Of a stretch of DNA of 64,000 nt, positions 48,301-61,859 are shown one piece after another. A model generated the notes under the pieces. That model saw nothing but the letters and a program-made list of their open reading frames with translations, was not told the DNA's origin and ran no database searches. This stretch comes from Takakia lepidozioides. Its lineage: Eukaryota; Plantae; Bryophyta. The DNA lies in assembly GCA_030704615.1 (NCBI GenBank), contig CM060733.1, forward strand, positions 43,028,001 through 43,092,000, written 5' to 3'. Every line of letters starts with the position of its first letter. Within the stretch, counting starts at the first letter, position 1. A program made the position numbers and the translations under genes.

Positions 48301-50798
48301 TCCACTGAAAGCCCATGAGAGTTCATGAGAAAAGAGTTGATGACAAGAAAACCCTTGAAAACCAGGCCTGAAGTTCTGCAGGAAAATGGAGAATTCCTAG
48401 AAGGCAACGTCATCTGACGAACTGTTTGTGTATGTTCAGATACAACTGCAATTGCAGCCAAAATGTTCTGGACTATGCTGGCAAGGACAACGGATCACGA
48501 AACTGGGATTGGGGTTGCTATCTTTCAAAAACCAAAGGACAATGTTTTGTATGAACGCCGCAAAAGTGCAGATCCCCCACTTTGTGCAGATGATGACAAG
48601 CCTGATGCGGCCTGGTGAGTGCACCTTAACTGAATCTCGGAGTGTCCATCAAGTTTGCCAGTTAGCAGTTAACCAATTTGATTGTATAAAACAGTCTAAA
48701 TATTGCAATTTGAGCCTCATAATGGCTTCAGAGGTGTTCAATTTGGGGCAAGGAAATCATACCATCCAGAGCTTTCTGAACCACTGTGCAGCATAGTGAA
48801 GCAAAGATCACACATGAAACCCAGTTCCCCCATCCTCATACCACAAATAAGGTAGTTCCTACTGCCACGCCCTACTCCAAACTTGCAGATCACTGAGAAT
48901 GGACCAGCAGGCTGCTAATGCGTAGGTGAGTGGGTTGCAGGTATATTCCGATGAAGGCATGCATTCACACAATACCGACTGGGGAAGGGGCCCGTTCTGA
49001 TTGGCCAGAAGAGTGGCCACTGCGAGTGATGGCTATACCCACCTGGCTAAGTAACTCTGAGAAGGGTATTTACGGGAAACCAGCAGCTGATGATTTTCGT
49101 TTAGACACTGAGCATTGGAAGCGTGTGGTTCAGAAGTCCTACCTGCAGGGGCTGGGCATTTCTGACTGGAGTACTGTTCGGAACGTCATGGACATGAAGG
49201 CCGGTTATGGCGGGTAAATTATATCTGCAATAACCCTTTTGGCTATTCTCTATATGCCCTTCAATAGATCAAATGGTGCAAAATTAGATTCAACATGTAC
49301 CCTCTCCCTCTGTCTCTCTCTTGAGCCATGAAGTCAGGCAGAAAACTTCCCTGAACTTGTTTCCGGTCTGTGACATGGGAGAGGCCATCATGGATGACCT
49401 CAAGGGTTTACCCACCCTCGGCACTAGACTGAAATTTAAAGTCAGGGCGGGAAGCCTACCTTTGAACAGCAAACAGAAGCAGAGAGGAAAGGGGGCTTGC
49501 AAATGCCCGTTGTGTGGGCAACCTGAAGACAATATTCACTTTCTCATTCATTGTTCTGGGAGCCATGTGTGTCCTTCATTTAAACTACAGCTGAGAAAAT
49601 AACCCTGTAAAGTAAGTACCGTTGACAAGCAACCATCCCTGGCTGGGATTGGCAGGGAGTCCCAGTAGGCTCACCCCTGCGTGCTAGCTCTCTGACCAGA
49701 TGTAGCAGTGGTAGTGAAGTACAGACTGATTAGTCTAGTGTTCTGTTGAGTGCTAGTCTGATTAGTCCAGTGCTCTGGGCCTGCACAAACCATTCTTCAC
49801 GCAATGTATTCTTAATGGAACTAATGAGACTGTCTATTGCAAGTAAACCTTGTACCCATGTCTATAACCAGCTGGACACTGGAACCTTCCCTCATCTATG
49901 CACTTAGTGGAGTTTATTTCTGAGCAGATTGAATATTCAACACAAGTGAAGGTTGGGTTTCTGATCTGTTACGATGCAAGTGTACCCTTCCTTTGTCCAG
50001 TAGTCAATATTTACAGTGAGGGGTTTCTCAAGGTGTGGATTACTCATTGGTCAACCTTGTTTTGGATCCATAAGGTTTGTTGCATCTGTAAACGTTAAGG
50101 TTCTGAGATGTTTGTTTGGTTGACCAGATTCGCAGCAGCTCTCATATCACAACGAGTATGGGTGATGAACATAGTACCGATCAGTGAGCCAGATACGCTC
50201 CCTATCATCTTCGATCGAGGCCTGATAGGAATGTACCACGATTGGTGTGAGCCCCACAGTACTTATCCCCGCACCTACGATTTGATGCATGCTGACCACC
50301 TCATCAGCTCCATCAAAAAGTACGTCCCTATGACCTCTTCTACTGATTTCTTTGTAGATATGGGTTTTAGTTGGCTGGCATGGTTTGTTTTGTAAGGTTT
50401 CAGCACAAGCATCTGGATGATTGAACAGGGGGATGATGGGTATGGTTCATTTGGATAGTAGGAAGGTCATTCTTGTGAAAAACAGATGCCTCTCTGAAGA
50501 TATATTGGGAATATTTTATCATGAATTTGTAATGCGGTCCTTAGTCATTTTCTCCTCTTCCCATACACTAAATCAAGTGTAACCTCGCTGCAGATGTAGC
50601 ATCTTGAATTTGGTGATGGAGATGGATCGCATCTTGCGGCCTGATGGATGGGCAATCTTCCGTGACAACGTGGCAGTCCTGAAGGAGGTAGAAGAAATTG
50701 TGAGGTCACTGCACTGGGATGTGGTCCTCAAATATTCCAAGGATGAGGAAGAGCTTCTTGTAGCACAAAAGAAATTTTGGCGGCCAGAAGCTTCCTAG
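45393..50798 (+). CDS. Probable pectin/SAM-dependent methyltransferase PMT (DUF248, PMT24-27-like), type II Golgi membrane protein
   Basis: Exons 45393-46436, 46682-46831, 47090-47360, 47814-47924, 48440-48614, 48941-49213, 50128-50319 and 50594-50798. N-terminal TM and acidic stem. Motifs: [64 protein letters not shown]. Confidence 0.95.
45733..45846 (+). repeat. In-frame 60-bp tandem duplication in PMT stem
   Basis: [15 protein letters not shown] occurs twice with a 60-bp period. Confidence 0.9.
49325..49600 (+). mobile_element. LINE ORF2 C-terminal zinc-knuckle fragment in PMT intron 6
   Basis: '[12 protein letters not shown]...[17 protein letters not shown]' matches the CCHC motif of non-LTR ORF2. 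Confidence 0.7.
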
Positions 50799-52088
50799 GA
50801 AGCCAATTTGGTGTGACTCTTTCTGGAAGTGGCGTTCATACTACAAGTACACAGGGGGTAGCCTGCTCTCTCTGCTGGTGTCCTGGCCACCTCCTGGTTG
50901 AATTATTGAAGACATTGTGACAAAGGGCATTTTGAGTGTTCCACATAATGTCTTCATCGGGTTTTTCATTAGAAGTAGTAGCTGGTACTCTGACTCGTTC
51001 TACATGGGAAGGGTTCTAGTTTCTGCTTTTGAATCCCCTTCATAGAAGGGTAGAGTTGGATGTTATTCTTGTGGTTGGCCACGCCAAAGAACTTTTTATT
51101 CCAATCAAACACCTCTTTATTGCAACAGATATAGATAACAAGTACTATATCTTAGCCGGCTAAGTAGAGCGAGAAAGAGCACTGAAGGATGTGATCCTTC
51201 ACTTGTTAAGGCAAAAGAGCTGGAGGTGGTAGTCTTTTGAATTCAAAGTACAATGTAACAGTCTCTATTATAATTGCTGCATAGCAATTTCCCATTGGCT
51301 GAATTGTGTATGGAGATATGGTGTTCAGCCATCTTGGTTTCCTCTGCATTAAGCTGGTGCGGCTGCACCATGTACAGTTTGCTGTGCTTGTCCTGTGGCT
51401 ATAGACTGTAAATGCATCAGGCAGTTTGTGCCGTATGTGGATGCCTCATACTCGGCTTTGCAATCTAGGTGAGCATTCTGCAGACCTCATCCACTGCAAA
51501 TCAGTTCTCTTCAATCTTAGGGTTGGGTTCTTCAGAGACACACCACACTCCTCAAGAAATTTATGACGCTTGTCTTGTCATAGAGCATGAGATTCCTTTG
51601 ATTGCAAAACACAGGCCTTGGCACCCAGGGGCAATTGCAGCTAGTAAAAGTAATGGCTTGTCTGTAGATGTGCCCTCTCAGAATTTTCCTCTCTCCAAGT
51701 TTCAGTATGCTTACTACAAGCCGCTGAGGAGAAGGCATCAATCTTGATAGCAGAGGCTGTTATGCCTCAGAAACGGCCAGCAAAAGTATATATCACCAAC
51801 GTGGCAGAGTTGTGAGTACCCACGTATTAGTTGGGGAGATCGCACAGGGGAGAAGATTGGAAGAATATGTGTGTAGGGCAGATGTGAGGTTGTGCGCGTA
51901 GAGAGATTCAAGGAGCAGACTGGGGAAGAGCAGGATTCTCAGAGTAGTACTGTCTGGAAACCTGGAAAGGAGACGCACAATTACGAGCAGACATTGGTGG
52001 AGAGCACACCAGGTCGGAGAAAAACATTGTGCAAGAAAGTCCTGAACGATATTTCTGTTGTGGTAGAGATATAGGAGAGTATTACAGT

Positions 52089-54806
52089 ATGTCCCTTGCA
52101 ACCCCACTTTCTTCCTGTGCGACTGTCAGCTTTGCTGTGCCTGAAGCGGCCGGGGCTGCTTGGACACCCAGGCCTCTGAAATTAAACTCGTTTGTAAGGT
52201 CTAGATTCCCTTCGCAAGCAGCCGGTTTACGACATCTGAGGCGAGCACTTGGAGGGAGGAAGTTTCTTAAACCGAGTGCGAGTAATGGATCGGCCGTGAA
52301 AGCAACCTTGGCGGCTGAAACTGCTTCTACTAGAGTTGATTTATCAGAATTGAAAACCGATTTGCTTGTAAGCTTTCATCTCTCTGCTGGAGCTACTCTA
52401 ATTCTTGTGTTTTATGTGGAGCGCCTACTTGTTTGAATTATGCAGCGAATCGTTCTTAGTGTAGCCATCGACATTCCCCTCATCCTCTATGAGGGTATTG
52501 TAGCCCACGCTGGCCAGGTTCGCCATACTATGTAGATGGTCAAATGTGATGGTGAGGTGCAAGTGAAGGTATTAGGGGAGATACCATTGTGGTATTACAC
52601 GCACAGAAGATATCGATGCATTTGTCAAGATGTACACGGCATGTCTCAATGCACCTCCATGATGACGCAAATCTGAGGGCAAAGAAAGGAGAGGCGACTG
52701 ATAAGCAGGCCTGAAGATTTATCAACGTTGAAGTCTCGATTCACGAGTGGAATCTAACTTTCTAGCGAGCACCAAACCCTTTTCAGTACCGTAGTATTTT
52801 ATTTCCAGCCATAAGCGTTGCAGGTTTTGCTTCAAGTGCCTGCCCTTATTTCATGCAGGAGGATTTGAGACGAGGAGTTCCTGTCACGTGAATAATGCTC
52901 TAACCCGATCATGCATGGGGTTTGGTTGCAGAGTATACTAGCAGGACTTGACAGAGGGCTGTTAGCCAGCGCCAATGACGAGGTGGCTGCAGACATTGCA
53001 GCTCGCAAGCTTGAATCAGCGGGTGATGCAATTGAGCTGTTAGACGACTTAGACCTGCTGCAGGGTAGATGGCGCCTGATCTACACTAGTGGTTTTATCA
53101 CTGGCAGTCTTGGAGGGCAGCGACCAGGACCACCTGTTGGTCGCCTTCTACCGCTCACCCTTGGCCAGGTTGGTTTTGTCCTTTCTCCTTCCTTTCCGTT
53201 GTTGGAAGCTGCAAGTTTCTACCTCCTTAGATCATAATTTGATATGCACAAGCACTCACTCACATAATTTAATATACAAAAGTCTGTGGGAGTCAGGTGC
53301 ATAACAAGGGAAAGTGTTTACTTTTCTAAGATATTTTGTGGACACAGAAAGAGAGGTGTGTGAGGCCCAATTCTATGTGAACTTGTGGCCTTAGTACCCT
53401 GTATCCAGATTGGATGGAGTCAAAAATGGGAAGTTCACTGTTGAATGGAGGCATTAACTCTACCAAGCATCTCTTTGTTAATGGTTTGTAACATAGCTGT
53501 GTTGTTATCATACATCTTCTGTATGACATAAGGTCCTTTCCATGGTGATTTAAGCTTGGAAGCTTTAATCTTACCCTTCTTCTGCAACCACAGTACCAAA
53601 TCACCTGTCTTAAAAGCCTTCAATTTACCTTCATCAAACTGATCCTTCCTCTTCATCTGAATTTTGGCCATGTTATCTGCTGCATCAGCACGTACTTCTT
53701 CCACATGATATAGTTCATGTTTCCTTACTTTAATTTAATCCTCCAATTCCATTCTCCTCCCCCATTCAGTTCTTTCATCATAGATGTGCTAAAGAACCAC
53801 GTGTATAGAACTCCGTCGTCCGATCCAGGGTAAGAGGAAATCTCTTTATAGTGGACACCCTAGGAATGATTCATGTTGAAAGGAGTTTACTACAACCCAA
53901 TGACGATAGAAAATTCTCCTATATATGATCGGCAAAGTTGAATGAGGTTGGAGTAACCTTTAAACTGGAAGAGAGGGGCGAGTGATGAATCTGGATCTAA
54001 CCCTCACTACCATAATACCCACAATGTGTGGTGATTGGATGTAAGGTCTATTTGAAAAGCTCAAGCAGATATTTGAAATAATTAGGTCACCTACCAAGAA
54101 AATTCCATCATGAATGTTGTGGGCCATTTGGCAGGTGTACCAGAGAATAGATGTGGCAAGCAAGGAATTGGACAACATTGTGGAACTACGCATTGGCACG
54201 CCCTGGCCTCTTCCACCTTTAGAAGTGATTGCCACCTTAGCCCACTCCTTTGAGTTGACTGGTAAGTACCCTTTGCTTTTGCTATGCATCTGATTATTTC
54301 ATGGTGGGAAAACAAACACATTACCACTGCTTGCCCTTACCCTGTCTAACAATTCCAATGGAGATCAGTAGGTGAATTTGGTGTTCTAGGTAATGAAGCT
54401 GTGTCATGTGCTACATGACCATCTTGTAGCAGTATTTCCTTCGACTAGATACCATGAAATGGCCTTCTTCCCAGTCTACAGAGATCCCCATCCCCTGTCC
54501 AGATAGGCTCAAGATGGAGGCGGAGGAAGGTTGAGCAATCCTCGACTTACCTGATGATTGGGTTGGATGTGTGCCTCTCTGAGTGTCACAGGGGGGACAG
54601 GTATTCGCATAGTCTTCGAGAAAACAACTGTCAGGCCTAGTGGCAGTCTCTCACAATTGCCTCCATTTGATCTCCCACCGTTGCCCGACTTCTTAAGGCA
54701 ATCCTCCAATGTCCGTGGTGGTACTTTCGAATCCACCTACCTTGATAATAACTTTCGTATTAGCCGAGGCGACCGTGGGGAGCTTCGTATTTTTGTTAGA
54801 GCTTAA
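52089..54806 (+). CDS. FBN6: Plastid lipid-associated protein / fibrillin (FBN6-like)
   Basis: Exons 52089-52367, 52932-53168, 54135-54261 and 54592-54806. Transit peptide, then AGLDRG, LQGRWRLIYTS, RPGPPVGRLLPLTLGQ, TYLD..RISRGDRGELRIF. Confidence 0.92.
53435..53770 (-). mobile_element. Ty3/gypsy integrase C-terminal fragment in FBN6 intron 2
   Basis: ORF 53435..53704 'FKTGDLVLW...KLKSPWKGPYVI...GRVNAS'. Confidence 0.8.
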
Positions 54807-57800
54807 GTTGCCTTGTTGTTTTCCATATGAAATTGTACTGAAGCCACCTGGGATGTTGTAATGTTGTGACCTACAAAAGTTTCTGTTCTGACAATTGGAA
54901 AAAGTTGTGTGTATGTGTCAAATTCTTGGAGGCATTCACCTCCTTTGCAAAACTCTCCGAAAAACTTATGAAAAGCTCATGAAGTATTCCATATGTGCCA
55001 CTTTGCCCTTCTTTCTTTCATACAACGTCCCACCTGGTTTTCTTCATCCAATCAAGTAGATCACACTCAATAAACTTCGAAGGATTGGTACATTGAGATG
55101 GCAATTGCACTTGGGTTGCATCACCATCACTATCTACACCGATGTCCTTGGTATCTCATTGTATGCATTTCTCCGGTTGATCTTTTCTCCTCATGCAATC
55201 CGCATATGTCTCGGCTTTTACCCAACACTCACTTCCCGGCTGATGGGGCCAAATGGTGCATCCAAAGGAGTACACAGAAATGAACTACATTAGCAAAATC
55301 TACAGTGGCCTATGTCCCCTATTTCAAAAAAGAAGGGAAGAAAATTGATTTTCACGGGCTCACTAGGCATAGAAGGACTCTAGGGTCAAACATGAAAGAT
55401 AGGGGCGCTAATGTGGCAACGAATGTTTGGTGCCGCTACTCAGGGTAGCCTTGGTGCTCTCATCGGCCATTTGTCGTCAATTAAACCCATCAAAACTGTG
55501 ATTAAAAGAAATGACACGTGGATAGGTAAACTGGGGGGGTGGATGCAGACAATGGATGTTCAACACTTCTTGGTCTTATGTGTTGAAGTGTTCTGCACTC
55601 ACTCTGTGATATATTATGCTTCGTAACACATGTGAGGGCACCATCAGGAGGGTCTGTCCCAATATGGATGTGGCTTGATTTTTCAATATCAATTATTTAA
55701 ACATGTTAAGAATAGTAATATGCCTCAAGGGTAGATCACTATAGCATGGATGTGTGGGATCTGGCCTAATAATAATATATGATGTCTCATTTGGGAGGTG
55801 TAAATTATGGTTCCATAGGGCACAACTTTGTGACACCACTCCGTGGATTGAACCCACAACCGCTTTTGAGGTGGTATGCGGGCATTACCACTGGGCTACA
55901 ACGTGGTGTGGCCGTGGCCTATTGCTGCTTCGACCTGCTACAGGGCCAGATGATGGTTTGTCGGAGGTCAAACCCATGTGCAGGGGGGTTGGAGCAGAAA
56001 CCGCAGGCGCATGCACCGTCAGACCCGTGTTGAATGTGGAGCTAGGGGTAAGCCCCAATTCAATATTCCAAGGATCTGTGGAAGCGATGGGAGCAGTACC
56101 AAGGGGCTGGAGTAAGCGCTCTGCTATGGGGAAGACCAGATTATCTGCGAGTGCGGATAACAATGGGATGGCCTGTGGATGACACGGGGGTGCACTTGGG
56201 AAAACAGACATGGGCGGAACTAACCCCTCCGTTGCCAATTCGGTGTTCCCTGCCAATGACTGGCGTTCAGGGGTCACCAACGTTGACATAACCTCAGCCT
56301 GTGTCGTCGGCAGAGGACTAGTCGAAACAGCTGCAAATTTGCTGGACCTGGCAGTTAGATCCACCATTCTTGGCACATCCTCCCTCTCCACGTGGGAAGC
56401 AGAGACAGCGAGGGCATCAGAGTATTCCCTTGGGGAGTCTAAAAGAAGACTGTGAGGCAAAACAGTATGAGAGGGGATGGAATTGACATCAACTTCCGCA
56501 AGGGGTGTGTACAAACCTGCCGTCGGAGATTCCACTTGAAAAGTCTCTGTATGAGGCGCTTGAAGGTCTTCAACCTGTGAGGGTGTTGGCGACGCCATCC
56601 ATGATGCATGGTGGGATAACTGCGATAAATTGAAGGCATCAACGTCGATGTGGGAAAGGTGAGGGGCATATGGTGATACTCGTCGCTCATGTAGTTCATG
56701 TCTTCTCGCCAACAACACCTTGTTTGCTCGCAAGACCTCCTCCATGGCATTTTGAACTCCAACATCAGCTGCCTCAGCCTCACCTATCACAGAAACAAGC
56801 GCTTGTGTCTTAGCTTTGACCCCCGTGATCCCGTGATCCCCCGATCCCCGACTATAAAGTCTGCTCCCCCATTTATCTATTCTAATTCTGATCTTCACAA
56901 TGACAGACTCTTGAAGAGGCAAAGCATGCACTTACTCAAAAGATGCACGTAGCGTCCCAAATCAATGTGCTCCCGCCTAAACAATAGATCCTCCCAAGCC
57001 CTGACTGCATGTCGTATCCCTTCGGCATCGTTGCCCTTGCACCACAAAACTTGGAAGTCGGCCGTTTCCGTTGCTGTAAATTCATGAAACGCTCGGGCAC
57101 GCACCAAGCGCAGAAATGCTCGGCAGAAGTCGACGATCTGCATTTTGTCCTGCATTGTACCATATCTAAGTTGTCCCTCTGCCAGGAGCACTTCTTTCAA
57201 CATACTTTCCTGATTTTAAAAATTCCCAAACGTCCGCCAACCTCCATGCAAGAAGAGTTCAAATCCATGATAGGGAAGTTTGTGAGCAGTCTGCGGTGCA
57301 AAAAGCATCATGATATGACTAGGGCAGATGTCGTGCCTTAAATTGGCCAAATGATACAAGTGTGAAACAGGGGGTCGTGGGTCCATGGTAGAAAAAACTT
57401 GGAGGGGAACAGGGACTGGAGGCAATCGGGCTGGACATTGATGTTTCAGCTAGGTGACAATGGCATCAGATCCCTCGGCAATTCTTAGGAGAGGGAATTC
57501 AAGAAGCAGACGTCGAACGTCCTGCTCCTCCAGCAATAGTTCAACAATATCAAACTGGAGATCTAGAGATGAGGGGGGAGCAGTAGAGGGGGGAGCAGAC
57601 CTGAAAGAAGTCAAGGGAGCAGAAGAGGGGGGAACAAAGCAAGGGGGACATGACGTGGGGGGACCTGATATGGGGCGAGCAGACTTGTTTGCAGCAGAGG
57701 CGGGGGCCGGCGGGGCGGGGCAGGGGTAGATGATGAGGGGGAGCAGAGACAGGCATGATGGGGGGAACAGCATTCACCGGACAGGAGGGTGTTACGAAAG

Positions 57801-60800
57801 AATTACTCTTCTTTCCCACAAGGTAGCTCTCAAAATCTTCCAACTCCAGCCCAATGGATAGGGCACAAGGAACACCGTCTTTGTAGGTGCTCCATGCCCG
57901 CACTGATTTCCGCACAGCCTCAATTTCTCCCGCGGAAGCATTGATCTGCAGGCAAAAATGCAACACAGAATCAGCGTTTACAAACCGGGGGCAATTTCTG
58001 GGATAATATTGGGGGGAGCAGATGGCCATAAACTGAAAAGGAGATTGGGGGGTGAAGCAAACCTGTTCTTGTAGAAGCCATCTTCTCCAACGGCATTCAG
58101 CCCTCTCCACTCGCATTGCAAACCCTCCACTCCATGCGAAATTCACAAATGCATCCCAGAATCTTTCATCATTCTAGTCAGCAAAATTGGAAGGGAAAAG
58201 TCCATGTTGCAGGAGTATAAATGTTCCAGGAGGAGTGATCGGGTGCGGTGTGTCGTGGTCGACGTCCATGGCCCCATCCCCTGCAGGAGGCCCGAGCTCC
58301 CAGACTGCTCCCCCTCGTCGTCATGAGTAGTCTAGTGCTCCCCCACATCTGCGTGTCTTCGTTGTTTTCTGGACTGGCCCCCCTGACTTTGAGACGGATC
58401 CCCCCCATGTCCGATCCCCCCCATTTCTGCTGCTGGCTGCTCACGGCTGTAGGAATACTTTTTCTTTGGCTTTCTACTCCAAGTGACAGCGAGTGTGACA
58501 GCGAGTTTAGGCCGCACTTTGGCTTGTCTCTCACGGGCGGAGGGTAAAATAGTAACAATCTTAACTTTTTTTGCCCCCATCGTTGGTTTGGTGCGCTCAA
58601 AATCGGTGTCAGACCCACTACGGCTACTCCTCTTGTGAGGGGCAGCCGCTTGTGATGTTGCAGGAGCATCAGGCTTCCGTTTTCTCGCTCCTTTGAGCTG
58701 CTGCTACCGATCAGTAGGGGACGGTCATCTCCTGGTACGCGCCGCGCTTCGGGGTTTGTACACCCTCTCAACCTCTCCGCAAAATGAGTAACCTGCTTCG
58801 GGAACTCGGCAGCGGGCCAGGGTTTTAGTGGCAACTCAACCTCATCCCAACCATCCACCATGTTCAACCAAGAACAACCCTCCCCATCAATGACATGCCT
58901 ATTCAACCTAACCTTATCCTTCATAGTCGCCCACAAAACTTGCACTTATAGGGATTCCTTTATTTCGGGCCATCACAAACTCTGAGGTCCGCCTCTGCCT
59001 CCACTATCATCTCATCCCACTCAGTTGGTGTATACCAGAAAGGAACCTCGTCCCATTTCTTAGGCTTGTGCCAAAAAACCAGCATACCATCCTCAGGGGG
59101 AACAACCTTAGGCCTAGTCTTCGCCATCGGCAACAAGCACACGACGCTGAAATACACAAAAGAAAAAGCAAGGAACAGAAGCCAGAGAAAACAAGGAAGA
59201 GCACACGGATTGCAACGAACAAAAGGAAAACACAAAGCATAGACAGCAAAGAGGATATGAGTAGAGCAGCTGGAAAACCACAACGAAGAGCCGCCACCGA
59301 AGAGTCGCTTCGCGAGGAAGACATTCCGCAAGTACAGTGTACCTAGGGGAGCGGGCACATGGGGGAGCAGGGGATCAGTCGATGGACACGTGGCGACAAC
59401 ACCGAAGTGGGGATCACTGATGTCGACACGTGGGAAGATCTGGGCTGTCATAAGGGGGAGCAGGCATGGGGAGATGTGAAGGGGGAGCGAACCCCTAGCC
59501 ACTCCCAGAACATGGGGATCAAAGTAGGGGGACCAGACACGTGGGGGGATGTTAGTAGAGGGGAGCTGACATGTGCGGAGAGTACTAGATGTGACATGCA
59601 TGGCGATTTTGTGGTCATGGAGATGACATGTGGGCAGCGAAGACAGGGGGAGCGCGGGGGGGGGGGGGGACCAGACAGTGGGGGAGCAGAAACTCGGGAG
59701 GGATTAGATGTTTGGGGTTTTGCAAGTGAGGGATGGAGGGAGGGAGACAACTCATGAGAGGAAGGGGACCAGAACTGCAGGGGCAGGGAACATGAGAAGA
59801 GACCGTTGTGTAGGACGAGTAAAACACCATGCTAGGTCGAAAAAGAAATCCCTATAAGTGCATGCATTATGAGCTGGCCAGTATACAACCATCTTGGACT
59901 CTGCAACCTCCATCAATCCTATTCAACTGCTCGATACCCAACCATGTTCGATTCTACAACACACAAATGTTTATATTTCAATCTAGCAAGGTAAGTAGTA
60001 TGAAAAAACAAACACGAAGTTGAGGCTGAAGTTTAATATGCGAAAGGTACTATAGTTATAGATCCTCATCCCCCGACACATGGGATTTGGTGCAGCCTAC
60101 ACCAATCCTGTCAGTTTTCAAAACAACAAACAACAAACAAGAAAGAGGCAAACAAGAAAGAACAACAAAAGAAGAACAAGAACAAGAAGAAGAGAAGAAG
60201 AAAACCCCCTGTACGCATTGTATGCAAGACGTGAGTCGCAAAAGAATCACAATTGCCGTACATCACACACGATTGAGGCCCTGGCAGGTCATCCCAAACC
60301 CATCAAAGTAGGAGCACGAACAAGCACGACAGCTGGAAACCCTCAACCACACAGATGGAGAACCCTACCTCCACGACGAAATGAAGAGCACATGCAGGTC
60401 CACGTGGTGCGATACCCACTGTTGGAAATGGAAGGGATTGGGGGATTGATCGAAGGGGGATCAACGCAGGAGATCGGCGGCAAGACCAGGGAAGGGGATG
60501 GACGATCGGGGGAGTGCCATGCAGTGGACCATCGTGCAAAACTATCAGACGGCGGGGGGACGGCCACATCACGTTGAAGACGCCCAAGGGGGATCAGTCC
60601 CTGGGGGGAGCAGGGGATCGGGAACGGATCGACATTGGGGGTGCTGGCACGTGGTCGAGGGGGATCGACGGCGTGGCGACGGCGTGGGGTCGGGATCGAC
60701 GACGAGGGGACCGCGACGTGGCCCACGGGTCATGGAGGGCATCGTGGAACAGCACGTGGCGGAAAATGTGGGGAGGGGGATCAGTCCCCGAATTGGAGGA

Positions 60801-60889
60801 GGGGATCAACCGAGGCGGGGGGAGCGACAGCGCGGGGATTGCGCCGTCCATGGTCGAAGGCCCGGGGGACCACGCCTGGGCTCGGGTGT

Positions 60890-61810
60890 AGGTAAGATTG
60901 ATGCGCAGGGGATCAACGGTTCGAGGAGAACCACGTGGCACACAATTGGGAGTGGGGGATCACTCCCACCCTGGACGGGTGATCAACCCAGTTGCGGGGG
61001 AATGGCTCCGATGGGATGAGGGGATCAACAGCGGGGGGGGGGGGGGGGGGGGCGCCACGTGGCGGTGGACGTGCCATGGGGCCTTCATCCGGCCATTGTC
61101 CATCCACTGCGCGGGAGGATGGCGGGGGGATGAGGGGCGGATGACCCAGAACATCCATTGTTTTTGAGGTTGGATGGATGTGCAGGGGATCGACGGTTCG
61201 GGGGAGCAACACGTGGCGGGCGATTAGGGGTGGGGGATCAAGCCAGGTCCGGGGGAGCGGCGACGTGTCAGGGGATCACACCGTGGATGGGACGAGGGGA
61301 TCGGCGGCGGGGGGGGGGGGGAGCGCCACGTGCCGTCCGATGGGTGGAGGGGATCAGTCACCGCATTGGACAGGGGATCAACCCAGTGTCATCGCCCCTT
61401 CATCCGGCCGTCGTCCATCCCTTGCGCGGGAGGATGGCGGGGGGATGAGGGGCGGAAGACACACAACATCCATTGTTTGTGAGGTTGGATGGATGCATAG
61501 GGGATCGACGGTCCAGGGGAGCAGCACGTGGCGCGCGATTAGGGTTGGGGAATCACTCCCGGTCCGAAAGGGGGATCAAGGCACGTCGGGGGAGCGGCGA
61601 CGTCTCGGGGGATCGGGCCATCGATGGGAATAGGGGATCGACGGCAGGTGGAGCGGCACGTGGCCTGTCACTGTCATCGGGCCTTCCGGCCGTCATCCAT
61701 TCCCTGCGGGGGAGGATGGCGGGGGGTGAGGGGCGGATGACACACATCATTCATTGTTTGCGAGGTTGGATGGATGCGCAGGGGATCGACGGTCCGGGGG
61801 AGCCGCACGT

Positions 61811-61812
<2 letters not shown>
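60890..61812. repeat. Degenerate ~270-315 bp tandem repeat
   Basis: Block (GAGGTTGGATG)GATG..CAGGGGATCGACGGT..CACGTGGC recurs at ~60895, 61166, 61481 and 61762. Confidence 0.85.

Positions 61813-61813
<1 letters not shown>

Positions 61814-61857
<44 letters not shown>
61814..61857. repeat. (AG)n microsatellite
   Basis: About 22 AG units. Confidence 0.95.

Positions 61858-61859
<2 letters not shown>

Noticed and set aside
58941-59861. 16-bp inverted match AATCCCTATAAGTGCA
   Set aside because: It is isolated, has no TSD and no extended arms, so it is not enough to call an element.
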